DNA of 64,000 bases from Minisyncoccia bacterium. Its GTDB lineage: Bacteria > Patescibacteriota > Minisyncoccia > Phycocordibacterales > UBA5272. Numbering within the stretch: the first letter of the stretch is position 1; every line of letters begins with the position of its first letter. Where the stretch lies: NCBI GenBank assembly GCA_038256975.1, contig JBBSJU010000003.1, positions 4,807-68,806 of the forward strand, given 5' to 3'. Of this stretch, positions 39,693 to 47,860 are shown piece by piece. The notes below the pieces were generated by a model that had not been told where the DNA came from, ran no database searches, and saw only the letters and a list, made by a program, of their open reading frames with translations. Position numbers and translations under genes: made by a program.

Positions 39693-39702
39693 AAGCTACG
39701 CC

Positions 39703-41007
39703 TTAGAAAGGATAATTTTCAGTGTACCCTTCATCAAGAATTCGATTGTCTGTATCAGTTGAAGAACAGAATAGTTTTAATGCTCGAAGGAAATTAAGAA
39801 TTCCATCTTTGTTTGGTACCGTGCCTTTGTATGTCGTTTCGAAAGCAAGCAAACGTGCTTTAAGTATTTCAGGAGTAAGTGGATTCACCCGCGAGCACAG
39901 TGTTGCTTTGTCTGAATAGATTGGGAACCAATATTCATAGCGTCTATCAAACTCAAGAACAAAAGGATCATTACTATCACTCATGCTCGGGTCAAGCGGA
40001 GGGAGATTTTCATCGTCACTTAAAAGGTTTGCCGTATCATCTATTCGTGTCTCATTTGCAAGAAGTGTTGGTTTGATTAATGTTGTGTCTTCTGTGCTGA
40101 CATCTGTTTTTGCGACAAGAACTTTTGAATTATCTTCCGAAATGGATTCATCTTGTATTCCTTTTTCCTGTTTAAACTTCTTAACTCGATCACGAAGTGC
40201 GTCCATTTTTTCTTTGTCAGTCATTCCCTCTTTTTGTTTCTTCACTTCCTCGATCATCTTTTCGATAAACTCACGACGGTTTTCTGGCTTCTCTGTTGCT
40301 TCGTCAACAATTTCATTTTTCTCCATCCAACCACCATCTCGTTTATCTTTTTCTCCCATGCGAAAAGGCGCAAGTGGTCGTGTAATTTGAATAGATGTGT
40401 CTGGAATATCAACTTGAGAACCTTCCTCAACAACAACTTCTTCAAGTACCACTGGTGCTTCTTTGAGCGGCTTAGTGCTGTCGAGCTTCTTAACACTTAC
40501 TTTACTTTCAGTTACTTTTACATTCGACTTTTTAGTACTCTTATCAAAGAAAACCGCAAACTTTGTACCCCGAACCGCAGCCAATGTTCCCGGAGTACGT
40601 ACTTCGTATTGTTGCCCTGATTCGAGCGTCTTTACGCGGTGGTAGGTATTTCCAAGTGTTTGAAGAATAGAAATTTTTTCTTTTGAATATTCAATGGTTA
40701 CAGCGGTATTTTTATCAATCGACATCATTGAGTTATCTGGGAAAAGTACGTACGCCGATCCTTCAGCTGTTCGCACGTAAGTACCTGTCTGAATCACAGT
40801 ACTTGAATAATCTTTATCAAGTTTTACTTCCTGTGCTCTCTTGTTGGTGTAAAAGACTTCTCCTGACTCCCAATAAAGGGTAATCATATCCTTGTCAGTA
40901 AAACCATTTTCAACCGGCTGACCATTTGGGCCTGTTTTTGAGGTAAACACAAAAAAGAGTGCCCCCGCTACAAGAACGCCAAGTAACGCAATACCTATTT
41001 TCTTCAT
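39703..41007 (-). CDS. Membrane-anchored FecR-domain protein with extra C-terminal domain
   Basis: VRTAEGSAYVLFPDNS.MSID.NT, YEVRTPGTLAAVRGTKF.V, V.ESKV.V; N-terminal TM. Confidence 0.88.
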   Translation of the reverse strand: MKKIGIALLGVLVAGALFFVFTSKTGPNGQPVENGFTDKDMITLYWESGEVFYTNKRAQEVKLDKDYSSTVIQTGTYVRTAEGSAYVLFPDNSMMSIDKNTAVTIEYSKEKISILQTLGNTYHRVKTLESGQQYEVRTPGTLAAVRGTKFAVFFDKSTKKSNVKVTESKVSVKKLDSTKPLKEAPVVLEEVVVEEGSQVDIPDTSIQITRPLAPFRMGEKDKRDGGWMEKNEIVDEATEKPENRREFIEKMIEEVKKQKEGMTDKEKMDALRDRVKKFKQEKGIQDESISEDNSKVLVAKTDVSTEDTTLIKPTLLANETRIDDTANLLSDDENLPPLDPSMSDSNDPFVLEFDRRYEYWFPIYSDKATLCSRVNPLTPEILKARLLAFETTYKGTVPNKDGILNFLRALKLFCSSTDTDNRILDEGYTENYPF

Positions 41008-41086
41008 CCATATATCCTAACACAGAATGAAGAGAGGTATTGAAAAATATACACAAAACAGGTACAGTTTGAAACGTATCCACATC

Positions 41087-41158
41087 GGCCCTATCGTCTA
41101 GTGGTTAGGACAGCGGGTTCTCAATCCGTCAACCGGAGTTCGACTCTCCGTAGGGTCA
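41087..41158 (+). tRNA. tRNA-Glu(CUC), CCA not encoded
   Basis: GGCCCTA/TAGGGTC acceptor, anticodon loop TTCTCAA, CGGAG-TTCGACT-CTCCG T-arm. Confidence 0.96.
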
Positions 41159-41322
41159 CACGTACAAAAAACGCTGCGCAGGCAGCTATTTTTGTTGTGT
41201 GACCCTAAGCAAGCAAACTGCTTTGCTTGCGTCGGAGAGTCGAAAAGCTTTTCCATGTTTTGAGAATCTTTGATACGATAAAACAGGAAAAGGTGTACTG
41301 CGACTGTAGGTCGAGACTCTCG
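41159..41322. repeat. Structured tRNA trailer containing an interrupted antisense copy of the tRNA 3' end
   Basis: GTGTGACCCTA (41197-41207) + CGGAGAGTCGAA (41233-41244) is the exact reverse complement of 41139-41161, split by a 9-bp hairpin; GACTCTC recurs at 41315-41321. Confidence 0.85.
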
Positions 41323-41354
41323 TTTAATCACCATCAACAGCTAGCACCAGTAGC

Positions 41355-41387
41355 GTACAAAAACCTCCTATTTGGAGGTTTTTGTAC
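41355..41387 (+). terminator. Terminator hairpin
   Basis: GTACAAAAACCTCC-TATTT-GGAGGTTTTTGTAC, perfect 14 bp. Confidence 0.8.
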
Positions 41388-41424
41388 TTGTGAAAAAAAA
41401 TTGAAAAAGTTATATAATCTTTTT

Positions 41425-42318
41425 ATGAAAACCATGTTTACAGACAAATTTCCCGACGACATGAAATCTAACACGGAGCTCGAAGCAGTAAAAATTAAAT
41501 ACCCTAATTATGACGACTATTACGTTGCGAGCGGATCGATAAAAGAACGTAGAGAGAGGTTCGATGAAATGTATCAAATATATGCTCCATATGCGGATAG
41601 ACATTTTCTATCAGATCTCAAAAAGCAATTTCATCAACGAACGTGGGAGATGTATATTGGATATGTTCTTGTAAAAAACAGTGTTATTTTCACCTCGACC
41701 GACAAAGGCCCAGATTTTCTTATAGAAACTCCTGGCGGAAAGATTTGGATTGAAGCAGTTGCGTGTGGTCCAGGAGAAGGACCAGATCGAGTTCCTGCAA
41801 TGGTGTATGGTGGAGTAAGTAACGTCCCTCAGGAAGAAATGATCATACGTATAGTTAGTAGTCTTGATTCAAAGTATAAAAAATTTAAAAAATACCTAGC
41901 TGACGGTATTGTGTCTCCGGAAGATAAATTGATAATTGCCGTAAACGCAGGCGGATTTTCACACATTGTTGACGGAGATATGCCACTTATTTTAAAGGCA
42001 ATTTTTGCCATTGGCCACAAAACACTGTCATGGCCTATAAATTCTGATCATAGTGTTCCTGGAAAATCAGGTGTTTCGACCAGAAATTTTATCGAGAAAA
42101 GAAATGGGAGTAAGGTGCCGACAACTTTTTTTCTTGAAGAAGACCATAAAATAATCAGTGCCATAATGTATTGCAGTAAAAACATACTGAATCATGAAAA
42201 TCCCCCTGGGATAGATATTTCAGTTGTGAGAAACTACATCGCTACCAATTCACTCCCAGAAACTGAGTTTCCGTTTATGGATTATATTAGTACAAAAAAC
42301 GGAGAAATTCTAATATAG
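41425..42318 (+). CDS. Hypothetical protein with PD-(D/E)XK-like nuclease motif
   Basis: F.QR.WEMY, GPDFLI...IWIEAV (E...PD...ExX). Start at ATG 41425, 6 nt after TATAAT; 297 aa. Confidence 0.65.
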   Translation: MKTMFTDKFPDDMKSNTELEAVKIKYPNYDDYYVASGSIKERRERFDEMYQIYAPYADRHFLSDLKKQFHQRTWEMYIGYVLVKNSVIFTSTDKGPDFLIETPGGKIWIEAVACGPGEGPDRVPAMVYGGVSNVPQEEMIIRIVSSLDSKYKKFKKYLADGIVSPEDKLIIAVNAGGFSHIVDGDMPLILKAIFAIGHKTLSWPINSDHSVPGKSGVSTRNFIEKRNGSKVPTTFFLEEDHKIISAIMYCSKNILNHENPPGIDISVVRNYIATNSLPETEFPFMDYISTKNGEILI

Positions 42319-42322
42319 TACA

Positions 42323-43435
42323 TTATTGAGGTTGCTTATCTTTCAAAAAGTTTAATAGGCAGTGACGAACAAGCGATTCAAAGAAATGGGCGAATGGTAA
42401 TTTTTGCGAACCAGAAAATGATCTATTGTCGATAGTCATACCCATACTTGGATCGGTATCCCAAGTCCTAGCCTCTTTCATTCTTAGTGGCATACTCAAG
42501 TACATTGATTCGCCACTATGGAGATACGCAGATCTGGCACTATATATGGTTTTTAGTGTCGGAACTAAGGCATCTTTTCTTATTTTACAATGTTCGGCTC
42601 TAGATTTTCCGCCTTTAAAAAATCTTGTGCAATATTTTTTAATAAAGGAAACAAAACGTAACTTAGAATTCCTGACAGAAAAAATCTCCTTCAATTTATC
42701 CTGTTGTTCTTTTGACAAACTAGTGACATCCACGATTTCGTGTATTTCCCTTGCACTAAAAATATCCACTGAAGAATCCATATCTATATACTTACTTAAA
42801 ATTTCTACGGCCGAAACAAGTCGAATGAATACCATTTCGGTGTCTAGACTAACTTGTCTCAAGGATTGTAAATATTGAAATGATGCCCATAAGAAATCTT
42901 GATGGAACTCCGTGGGTAGAGATCTGATCTTGTCTAAAAATTCAACAAGCCCAACACTAAAACTACGGGTCTTGTCTGAAAAAATAGTCGGATGAATCCC
43001 ACCTTCTGTACGCCTGTATTTTAAATATCTTTCGGATCGATGTTTTTGTCCATTTGAAAAAATGGTACTAGTCGCAACGATATAAAATCTGCATTGAAAA
43101 TATAAAGAGAATAAAGATATAAATTCTTCTGCCACCCCCTCCTTAAAATAGTAACCGCTTTTGTGGACATCTAGGTAACGCGAGTCGTTCTGTTCTCCAT
43201 GTGTGGCAGACTTTATTCGGAGAAGATATTTATATAAACCATTTTCATCTTTTTCAAAAGTTAAAAATGAACATGAAATTAACCCTTTCTCGTAATCAAG
43301 CCCGCCGGTTATACGGCATTCAGTGGCAATTTCATATTCTTCAAAATACTGATCTTTCTTTTTTCTAAATTTAACACAGTCAATATGCCTGACCCAGGAC
43401 ATTCTATTGTCTAGTTTTCTTCTGACTATGGACAT
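42323..43435 (-). CDS. ApeA-like HEPN domain protein
   Basis: C-terminal LVSAVEIL ... IYSARSAYLHSG (E...Rx4H). Start at ATG 43435, 6 nt after TACTAT. Confidence 0.72.
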   Translation of the reverse strand: MSIVRRKLDNRMSWVRHIDCVKFRKKKDQYFEEYEIATECRITGGLDYEKGLISCSFLTFEKDENGLYKYLLRIKSATHGEQNDSRYLDVHKSGYYFKEGVAEEFISLFSLYFQCRFYIVATSTIFSNGQKHRSERYLKYRRTEGGIHPTIFSDKTRSFSVGLVEFLDKIRSLPTEFHQDFLWASFQYLQSLRQVSLDTEMVFIRLVSAVEILSKYIDMDSSVDIFSAREIHEIVDVTSLSKEQQDKLKEIFSVRNSKLRFVSFIKKYCTRFFKGGKSRAEHCKIRKDALVPTLKTIYSARSAYLHSGESMYLSMPLRMKEARTWDTDPSMGMTIDNRSFSGSQKLPFAHFFESLVRHCLLNFLKDKQPQ

Positions 43436-43451
43436 ATCTAAATAGTACACT

Positions 43452-43495
43452 CCCCCTCCCTAAACCCCAAAAGCCCCCAACACGGCCTTCCCCCC
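43452..43495 (-). other. G-quadruplex-forming candidate
   Basis: Minus strand G6-N11-G5-N5-G4-N4-G3-A-G5, directly upstream of the HEPN gene -10 box. Confidence 0.5.
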
Positions 43496-43513
43496 AAAGA
43501 TACATACCCAAAT

Positions 43514-43576
43514 AAAAAACCCACCAAATTTGGTGAGCATTCTTGGTCTAAGGTGACATGGAGTCACCTTAGACCA
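43514..43576 (-). terminator. Tandem hairpins: 14-bp perfect stem followed by a terminator
   Basis: TGGTCTAAGGTGAC-5nt-GTCACCTTAGACCA (43544-43576), then CACCAAATTTGGTG plus T-run on the minus strand. Confidence 0.65.
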
Positions 43577-43590
43577 CTTTTTCGGCAAGC

Positions 43591-44181
43591 CTAGCGCTTA
43601 CCCTTCTTGCCGCTGCCTGCACTCGCACCTTTACGAGCCTGGCATTCGCCATTCCTAGCAGCATGGTTCGCCCAGCGACGACTCTCGACACCGGCTGCTT
43701 TTGCACGGGCGGTTTTGCCCGTCGAGGCGCGTTGTTTCAGCTTGAGCCAGGCGGGAACGTCCATACTTCGCGGCAGAGACTTCGGCTGGAGGTCGTTGAA
43801 ATAAACCGACCAGCCATTTTTGTTCTCGAACGTACAGTTGACCAGCTCCTGTTCCGGACTACCGAAGAATCGGTAGGAGAACGCTCCGGGTTGCAAAAGC
43901 ATATTTTCGATGCCGGCAGCGGCAACCATCTTACTTGCTTTCGCGAGCAGCCAGGTTGCCCCGATTGCCCGGATGTCGGAGACCTTGAGGAGAAAAGCGT
44001 TCCCCTTGCCGGTAAACTCACGACCCGTGTCGTGAGCAAAAGTTGCGTTCACGAGGAATGACCCTGATGACTGAATGATTCCCCGATCATTCAGTCGCAC
44101 CAGAGTCATTCGAGGATCGTTGACCAGATCATCGAATGAGATCCATGTGCTATGCTTTGTCACAACGTTCATGTTGTTCAT
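43591..44181 (-). CDS. GC-rich orphan protein with basic C-terminal tail
   Basis: CAGGAG RBS before ATG 44181; 196 aa; ends ARKGASAGSGKKGKR; own promoter and terminator. Confidence 0.75.
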   Translation of the reverse strand: MNNMNVVTKHSTWISFDDLVNDPRMTLVRLNDRGIIQSSGSFLVNATFAHDTGREFTGKGNAFLLKVSDIRAIGATWLLAKASKMVAAAGIENMLLQPGAFSYRFFGSPEQELVNCTFENKNGWSVYFNDLQPKSLPRSMDVPAWLKLKQRASTGKTARAKAAGVESRRWANHAARNGECQARKGASAGSGKKGKR

Positions 44182-44389
44182 GGTTGTCTCCTGATAGCTC
44201 CATCGAACCCTTATCCCCATGAAGGAAAGGTGGAGGGGTCCTTGACCCAGATTGGAAGTTTAGTCCGACCGTTCGAAAGTCTTTATGGACAAACTTGGGA
44301 AATATTTCCCGAAAAATATCTAAATAATTAGTTTTTAGGTTCTTTTCAGGAAACATTTCCTTTCAAAGATCAGGCTGTATACTAATACC

Positions 44390-44418
44390 AGTATACTATA
44401 TATACATAATTTTGTCAA
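44390..44418 (-). promoter_or_regulatory. Near-consensus sigma70 promoter with ~200-nt leader
   Basis: TTGACA-17nt-TATACT. Confidence 0.75.
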
Positions 44419-44446
44419 GTATAGCCTCCCTTGTATTAATAGGACG

Positions 44447-45757
44447 TTACCTCCCCCTCCACTCCTCGTTCTGCCGTACCAAAAGTTCATCTTTCATTTC
44501 TGGATATCGCAAGAGTTCTTCTGTAGCACGTTCCATACGAATACCTTGAGAGGCTTTGAGAAGCACTACGTCCCCTTCTTCTAGTAAACTCTCAGCAAAT
44601 TTTCCTGCACTACGCGAATCTTCAAACTGAAAAATATTATCCTCGTGCATACCATCATTAAGCGCACCTTCGACAATAAAGCGTGCTCGCATACCAACAG
44701 TAATAAGCTTGTGTGCTGCCTGGCTTGCGTCTTTGCCGATTTCTTTATGTACTCGTTCAGTATGTTTACCAAGCTCAAGCATGTCACCTAAAATTGCTAT
44801 TTTCTTTCCTCGGACTTCGATTTCCCGCAGAGTCTCGAGAGCGTGCTTCATAGCTTTGGGAGCAGCGTTGTAAGTGTCATCAAGAAGAATTGCGCCCTTC
44901 ACACCATCTAAGATCCGCATTCGCCCAGATTCTGGCGTGTATTCTGAAAGTGCGTTATCAAGAAGCGTGAGATCAACATCAAGCACTTGGGCAACAGCAC
45001 CCGCAGCGGCGCCTGCAGCAGCGTACACACGACCTAGATAGCCTTTGCGCTCAATATGCACCACTTTTCCATCCTGAGTGTGGAGCTCATACTGCATACC
45101 TGAAATATCTTTCTTTGTTTCGTCTTTTTTGTCGTACAAATATGAGTCGTTATGAATCGAAACGGTATTGTCTGCATTAAAGCCGAAAGTAACTTTTGTG
45201 TGCGTAATGTCTTCGGCAATTTTTGTTGCATCAGCATCATCGCCACAATATACAAAGACGCCGTCTTTTTTCAATGCTTGTGGCAGAAAAGCTTTTTCTT
45301 TGATTATAAGGTCGCGATTGTTTTGGAAATTTTCTATGTGTACTGGAGTCTCACCAAACTGAGTAAGTACCGCAATGTTTGGCTTGAGCCATTTTGTGAG
45401 TGTTTCGATATCACCGGGTGCGTCGGCACCAACTTCAAGCACCAGCCACGTGGGGTATTCCTCACGAACAATGAGACGGAGCGTACTTCGCACAAGAAGT
45501 GCAAGCCAGCCAAACGGATTACTCCACTGATTGTCTTCACCTAAGATAGTCAGCGGTACTCCTATTTCACTGTTAAAACTTTTGTAGCTTTTGCGGGCAG
45601 AATATGTGGTGGCGATGGCGGCAAAGATTGCATCTTTACTTGAAGTCTTACCAATATTTCCGGTGACAGCGATAATTTTTGGCTTATAGGCCTTAAGTGT
45701 TGCCTGAGCAAGGACGCGCAACAAGAATACAACGACGGGCTTAAAAAATGATTGCAT
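44447..45757 (-). CDS. murF: UDP-MurNAc-tripeptide--D-Ala-D-Ala ligase
   Basis: AVTGNIGKTS.K, SFNSEIGVPLT, DDTYNA.P, ILGDMLELG, LLKASQG.RME. Confidence 0.9.
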   Translation of the reverse strand: MQSFFKPVVVFLLRVLAQATLKAYKPKIIAVTGNIGKTSSKDAIFAAIATTYSARKSYKSFNSEIGVPLTILGEDNQWSNPFGWLALLVRSTLRLIVREEYPTWLVLEVGADAPGDIETLTKWLKPNIAVLTQFGETPVHIENFQNNRDLIIKEKAFLPQALKKDGVFVYCGDDADATKIAEDITHTKVTFGFNADNTVSIHNDSYLYDKKDETKKDISGMQYELHTQDGKVVHIERKGYLGRVYAAAGAAAGAVAQVLDVDLTLLDNALSEYTPESGRMRILDGVKGAILLDDTYNAAPKAMKHALETLREIEVRGKKIAILGDMLELGKHTERVHKEIGKDASQAAHKLITVGMRARFIVEGALNDGMHEDNIFQFEDSRSAGKFAESLLEEGDVVLLKASQGIRMERATEELLRYPEMKDELLVRQNEEWRGR

Positions 45758-45792
45758 AACGAATGATACACACCATTGTACCTCACTTTTTC

Positions 45793-47532
45793 TTACTCCC
45801 TATTACGGTCTGGTGGCACCGAGAAATAAGACAAAAGAGTGTGTGCTATGTCAAAAAATGGCGTGGTAAGAGTTTGAGAAGCATACTGGGCGCTTGCCCC
45901 ACCTTTTGGGTGAACTTGGTATAAAAGTACAATAAAACGAGGTTCATATGCAGGATAATATCCAAAGAATGAATGCAAGTATGCGTCATCACGATATCCG
46001 CCACCTGCCTTAGGGATTTCAGCCGTACCTGTTTTTGCGGCAAGTGCGTACTCTTTCATTGAGAGCTTTCCTTGAGCAAGCTCTGTGTCTACCACATGTA
46101 CAAGCATTCGAGTGATAGTTTCGCTTGATTCTTTTTTGAGTGTCTGCACCGGTTCTTTGTGCGGAATCTTCTCTCGTGTACCGTCTTTATATAAAATTTC
46201 ATCAGCGACATACGGACTTACGAGATACCCACCATTTGCCAAAACAGCAAGTGCACGAATGGTTGCGATGGGAGTGAGAGCGATACCTTGTCCAAAAGAC
46301 GCAGTGGCGTAGTTTACTTCTTCTTTTGACTGTAAGTTTTTAACTAGATTATTTACTTCATTCGGTAAATCTATTCCTGTTTTTTCTACAAAGGCATACA
46401 CCTCTCGGAAATAACGAGCAAATTCTTTCTGTCCCATTTGTTGCATTATAAATGTTACTCCAGTGTTTAAAGACTTGTTGAGGACTTCCTGCATCGAAAC
46501 AATGCCCCGTATCTTTTTGTCAAAATTACTTACTTTATAGCCATTCAAAACAAGCGAGCCTTTATCGTTATATGTTGTCTCAGGTGTTACAACACCAGCA
46601 TCTATCCCCGCTGCCATGGTGAGCGCTTTAATAATTGAACCCATTTCAAATACTGACTCAACGTTTGGATTTACAAAACGTGCCGTTTTATATTCGGCGT
46701 ATGTGTTTGGATCGAACGATGGCAATGAATCCATAGCTAAAATCTTACCTGTTCTTGGGTCCATGATTATTCCACCAACCATTTCCGGACTCCACTTTTC
46801 CTGTACCGACACGAGTGCTTTATGAAGAACGTCGAGAGTCAACGGATCCATGGTAAGCACAATGTCTGCATCTTCTTTTTTCACCTTGGCACGAAGTGTG
46901 TCGTCGATGTCTGAAAACACATCAGCAAAAACATTAATTGGCGCACTACTGATACGCTCTAAAGTATCCTCGTAACTACGCTCAAGTCCATACTGTCCAC
47001 GAAAAGTGGCTCCATCGCTTCCTACAAATCCAACTACCTGGCTACCTGTTGATTGCTGTGGATATATTCGGCGATAATTTTTATTAAAGAAAAGTCCAGA
47101 TATCTTTTTCTCTTTTAAAACATCAACTGATTTTTTTGAAACATCTTTTACAATTTCCTCATACGGATCATCCGTCTTGGCTGTTTTTTGACGAATAAGA
47201 CTGCCATCAAAAGTAACACCAGCTTGTGTTAATTCCCTCAGAAGTCCGTCTACACTTACAATCCGGTTTGGCTGTATTGCAAGAGTATAATATTCTTCGA
47301 GTGAAGCAATAGGAACCTCTTCACCACCCTTTGCTTTTAAAAAAATGTTTCCTCTGTTGAAGATTGGAGTAACCACAGGTACATACTGCCCTTCTGCTTG
47401 TTTTTTATACTCCTTACCTTGCACACCTTGTACGAATACAAGTCGAACAATAAAAAGAAGTACAACAACCGTGGCAACAATACTAAAGAGCGGGACTCGG
47501 TCTATAGAAGAAACAAATGTGCGTGGAGCCAT
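45793..47532 (-). CDS. ftsI: Class B penicillin-binding protein (divisome)
   Basis: RGNI, R.YP, GQYGLE, FEMGSIIK, SLN, KTGTA; in the mraZ-rsmH operon. Confidence 0.88.
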   Translation of the reverse strand: MAPRTFVSSIDRVPLFSIVATVVVLLFIVRLVFVQGVQGKEYKKQAEGQYVPVVTPIFNRGNIFLKAKGGEEVPIASLEEYYTLAIQPNRIVSVDGLLRELTQAGVTFDGSLIRQKTAKTDDPYEEIVKDVSKKSVDVLKEKKISGLFFNKNYRRIYPQQSTGSQVVGFVGSDGATFRGQYGLERSYEDTLERISSAPINVFADVFSDIDDTLRAKVKKEDADIVLTMDPLTLDVLHKALVSVQEKWSPEMVGGIIMDPRTGKILAMDSLPSFDPNTYAEYKTARFVNPNVESVFEMGSIIKALTMAAGIDAGVVTPETTYNDKGSLVLNGYKVSNFDKKIRGIVSMQEVLNKSLNTGVTFIMQQMGQKEFARYFREVYAFVEKTGIDLPNEVNNLVKNLQSKEEVNYATASFGQGIALTPIATIRALAVLANGGYLVSPYVADEILYKDGTREKIPHKEPVQTLKKESSETITRMLVHVVDTELAQGKLSMKEYALAAKTGTAEIPKAGGGYRDDAYLHSFFGYYPAYEPRFIVLLYQVHPKGGASAQYASQTLTTPFFDIAHTLLSYFSVPPDRNRE

Positions 47533-47558
47533 GGATGCTCATTGTAAAGACTCTCTCC

Positions 47559-47858
47559 TTATTGCGCAAATCCGACTGCAGTTACATCTCGTGAGTCAAT
47601 ATAGGCCGCAACTCGAGATTGTGTACCCACAGGGAAACCAAGGGAAAGCAGTTTTGTTTTTTCTGAAAGCACTTCTTCTTGTTTTGCAACAAGCGCAGCA
47701 ACTTTTTGTGCTTCTTGATTCAATGACTTGCGTCCTACAACATCAAACGTAATCATCCCGACTGTACCGCAATACGCAATAGTAGAAAAAACAAACAACG
47801 CCCACACAAGCGTGTGTGTTGGTATTCTGAATATGTTTTGGATTGTCTGTTTTTTCAT
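47559..47858 (-). CDS. FtsL-like single-TM coiled-coil protein
   Basis: Located between rsmH and ftsI; short cytoplasmic N-terminus, TM, coiled coil. ATG 47858. Confidence 0.6.
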   Translation of the reverse strand: MKKQTIQNIFRIPTHTLVWALFVFSTIAYCGTVGMITFDVVGRKSLNQEAQKVAALVAKQEEVLSEKTKLLSLGFPVGTQSRVAAYIDSRDVTAVGFAQ

Positions 47859-47860
47859 AA

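Noticed and set aside
41227-41424. N-terminal extension of the nuclease-like ORF in the ORF track
   Set aside because: It runs through the structured trailer and terminator. TATAAT 6 nt before ATG 41425 marks the likelier start.
44150-44356. 68-aa ORF in the orphan gene leader
   Set aside because: Not called as a CDS: the RBS-like AAGGA is too close to the ATG, it overlaps the main ORF out of frame, and it has no recognisable features. Kept only as a uORF to test.
41159-44446. Prophage or integrative element at tRNA-Glu
   Set aside because: No integrase, no phage genes, and I found no direct repeat of the tRNA 3' end at the far boundary.
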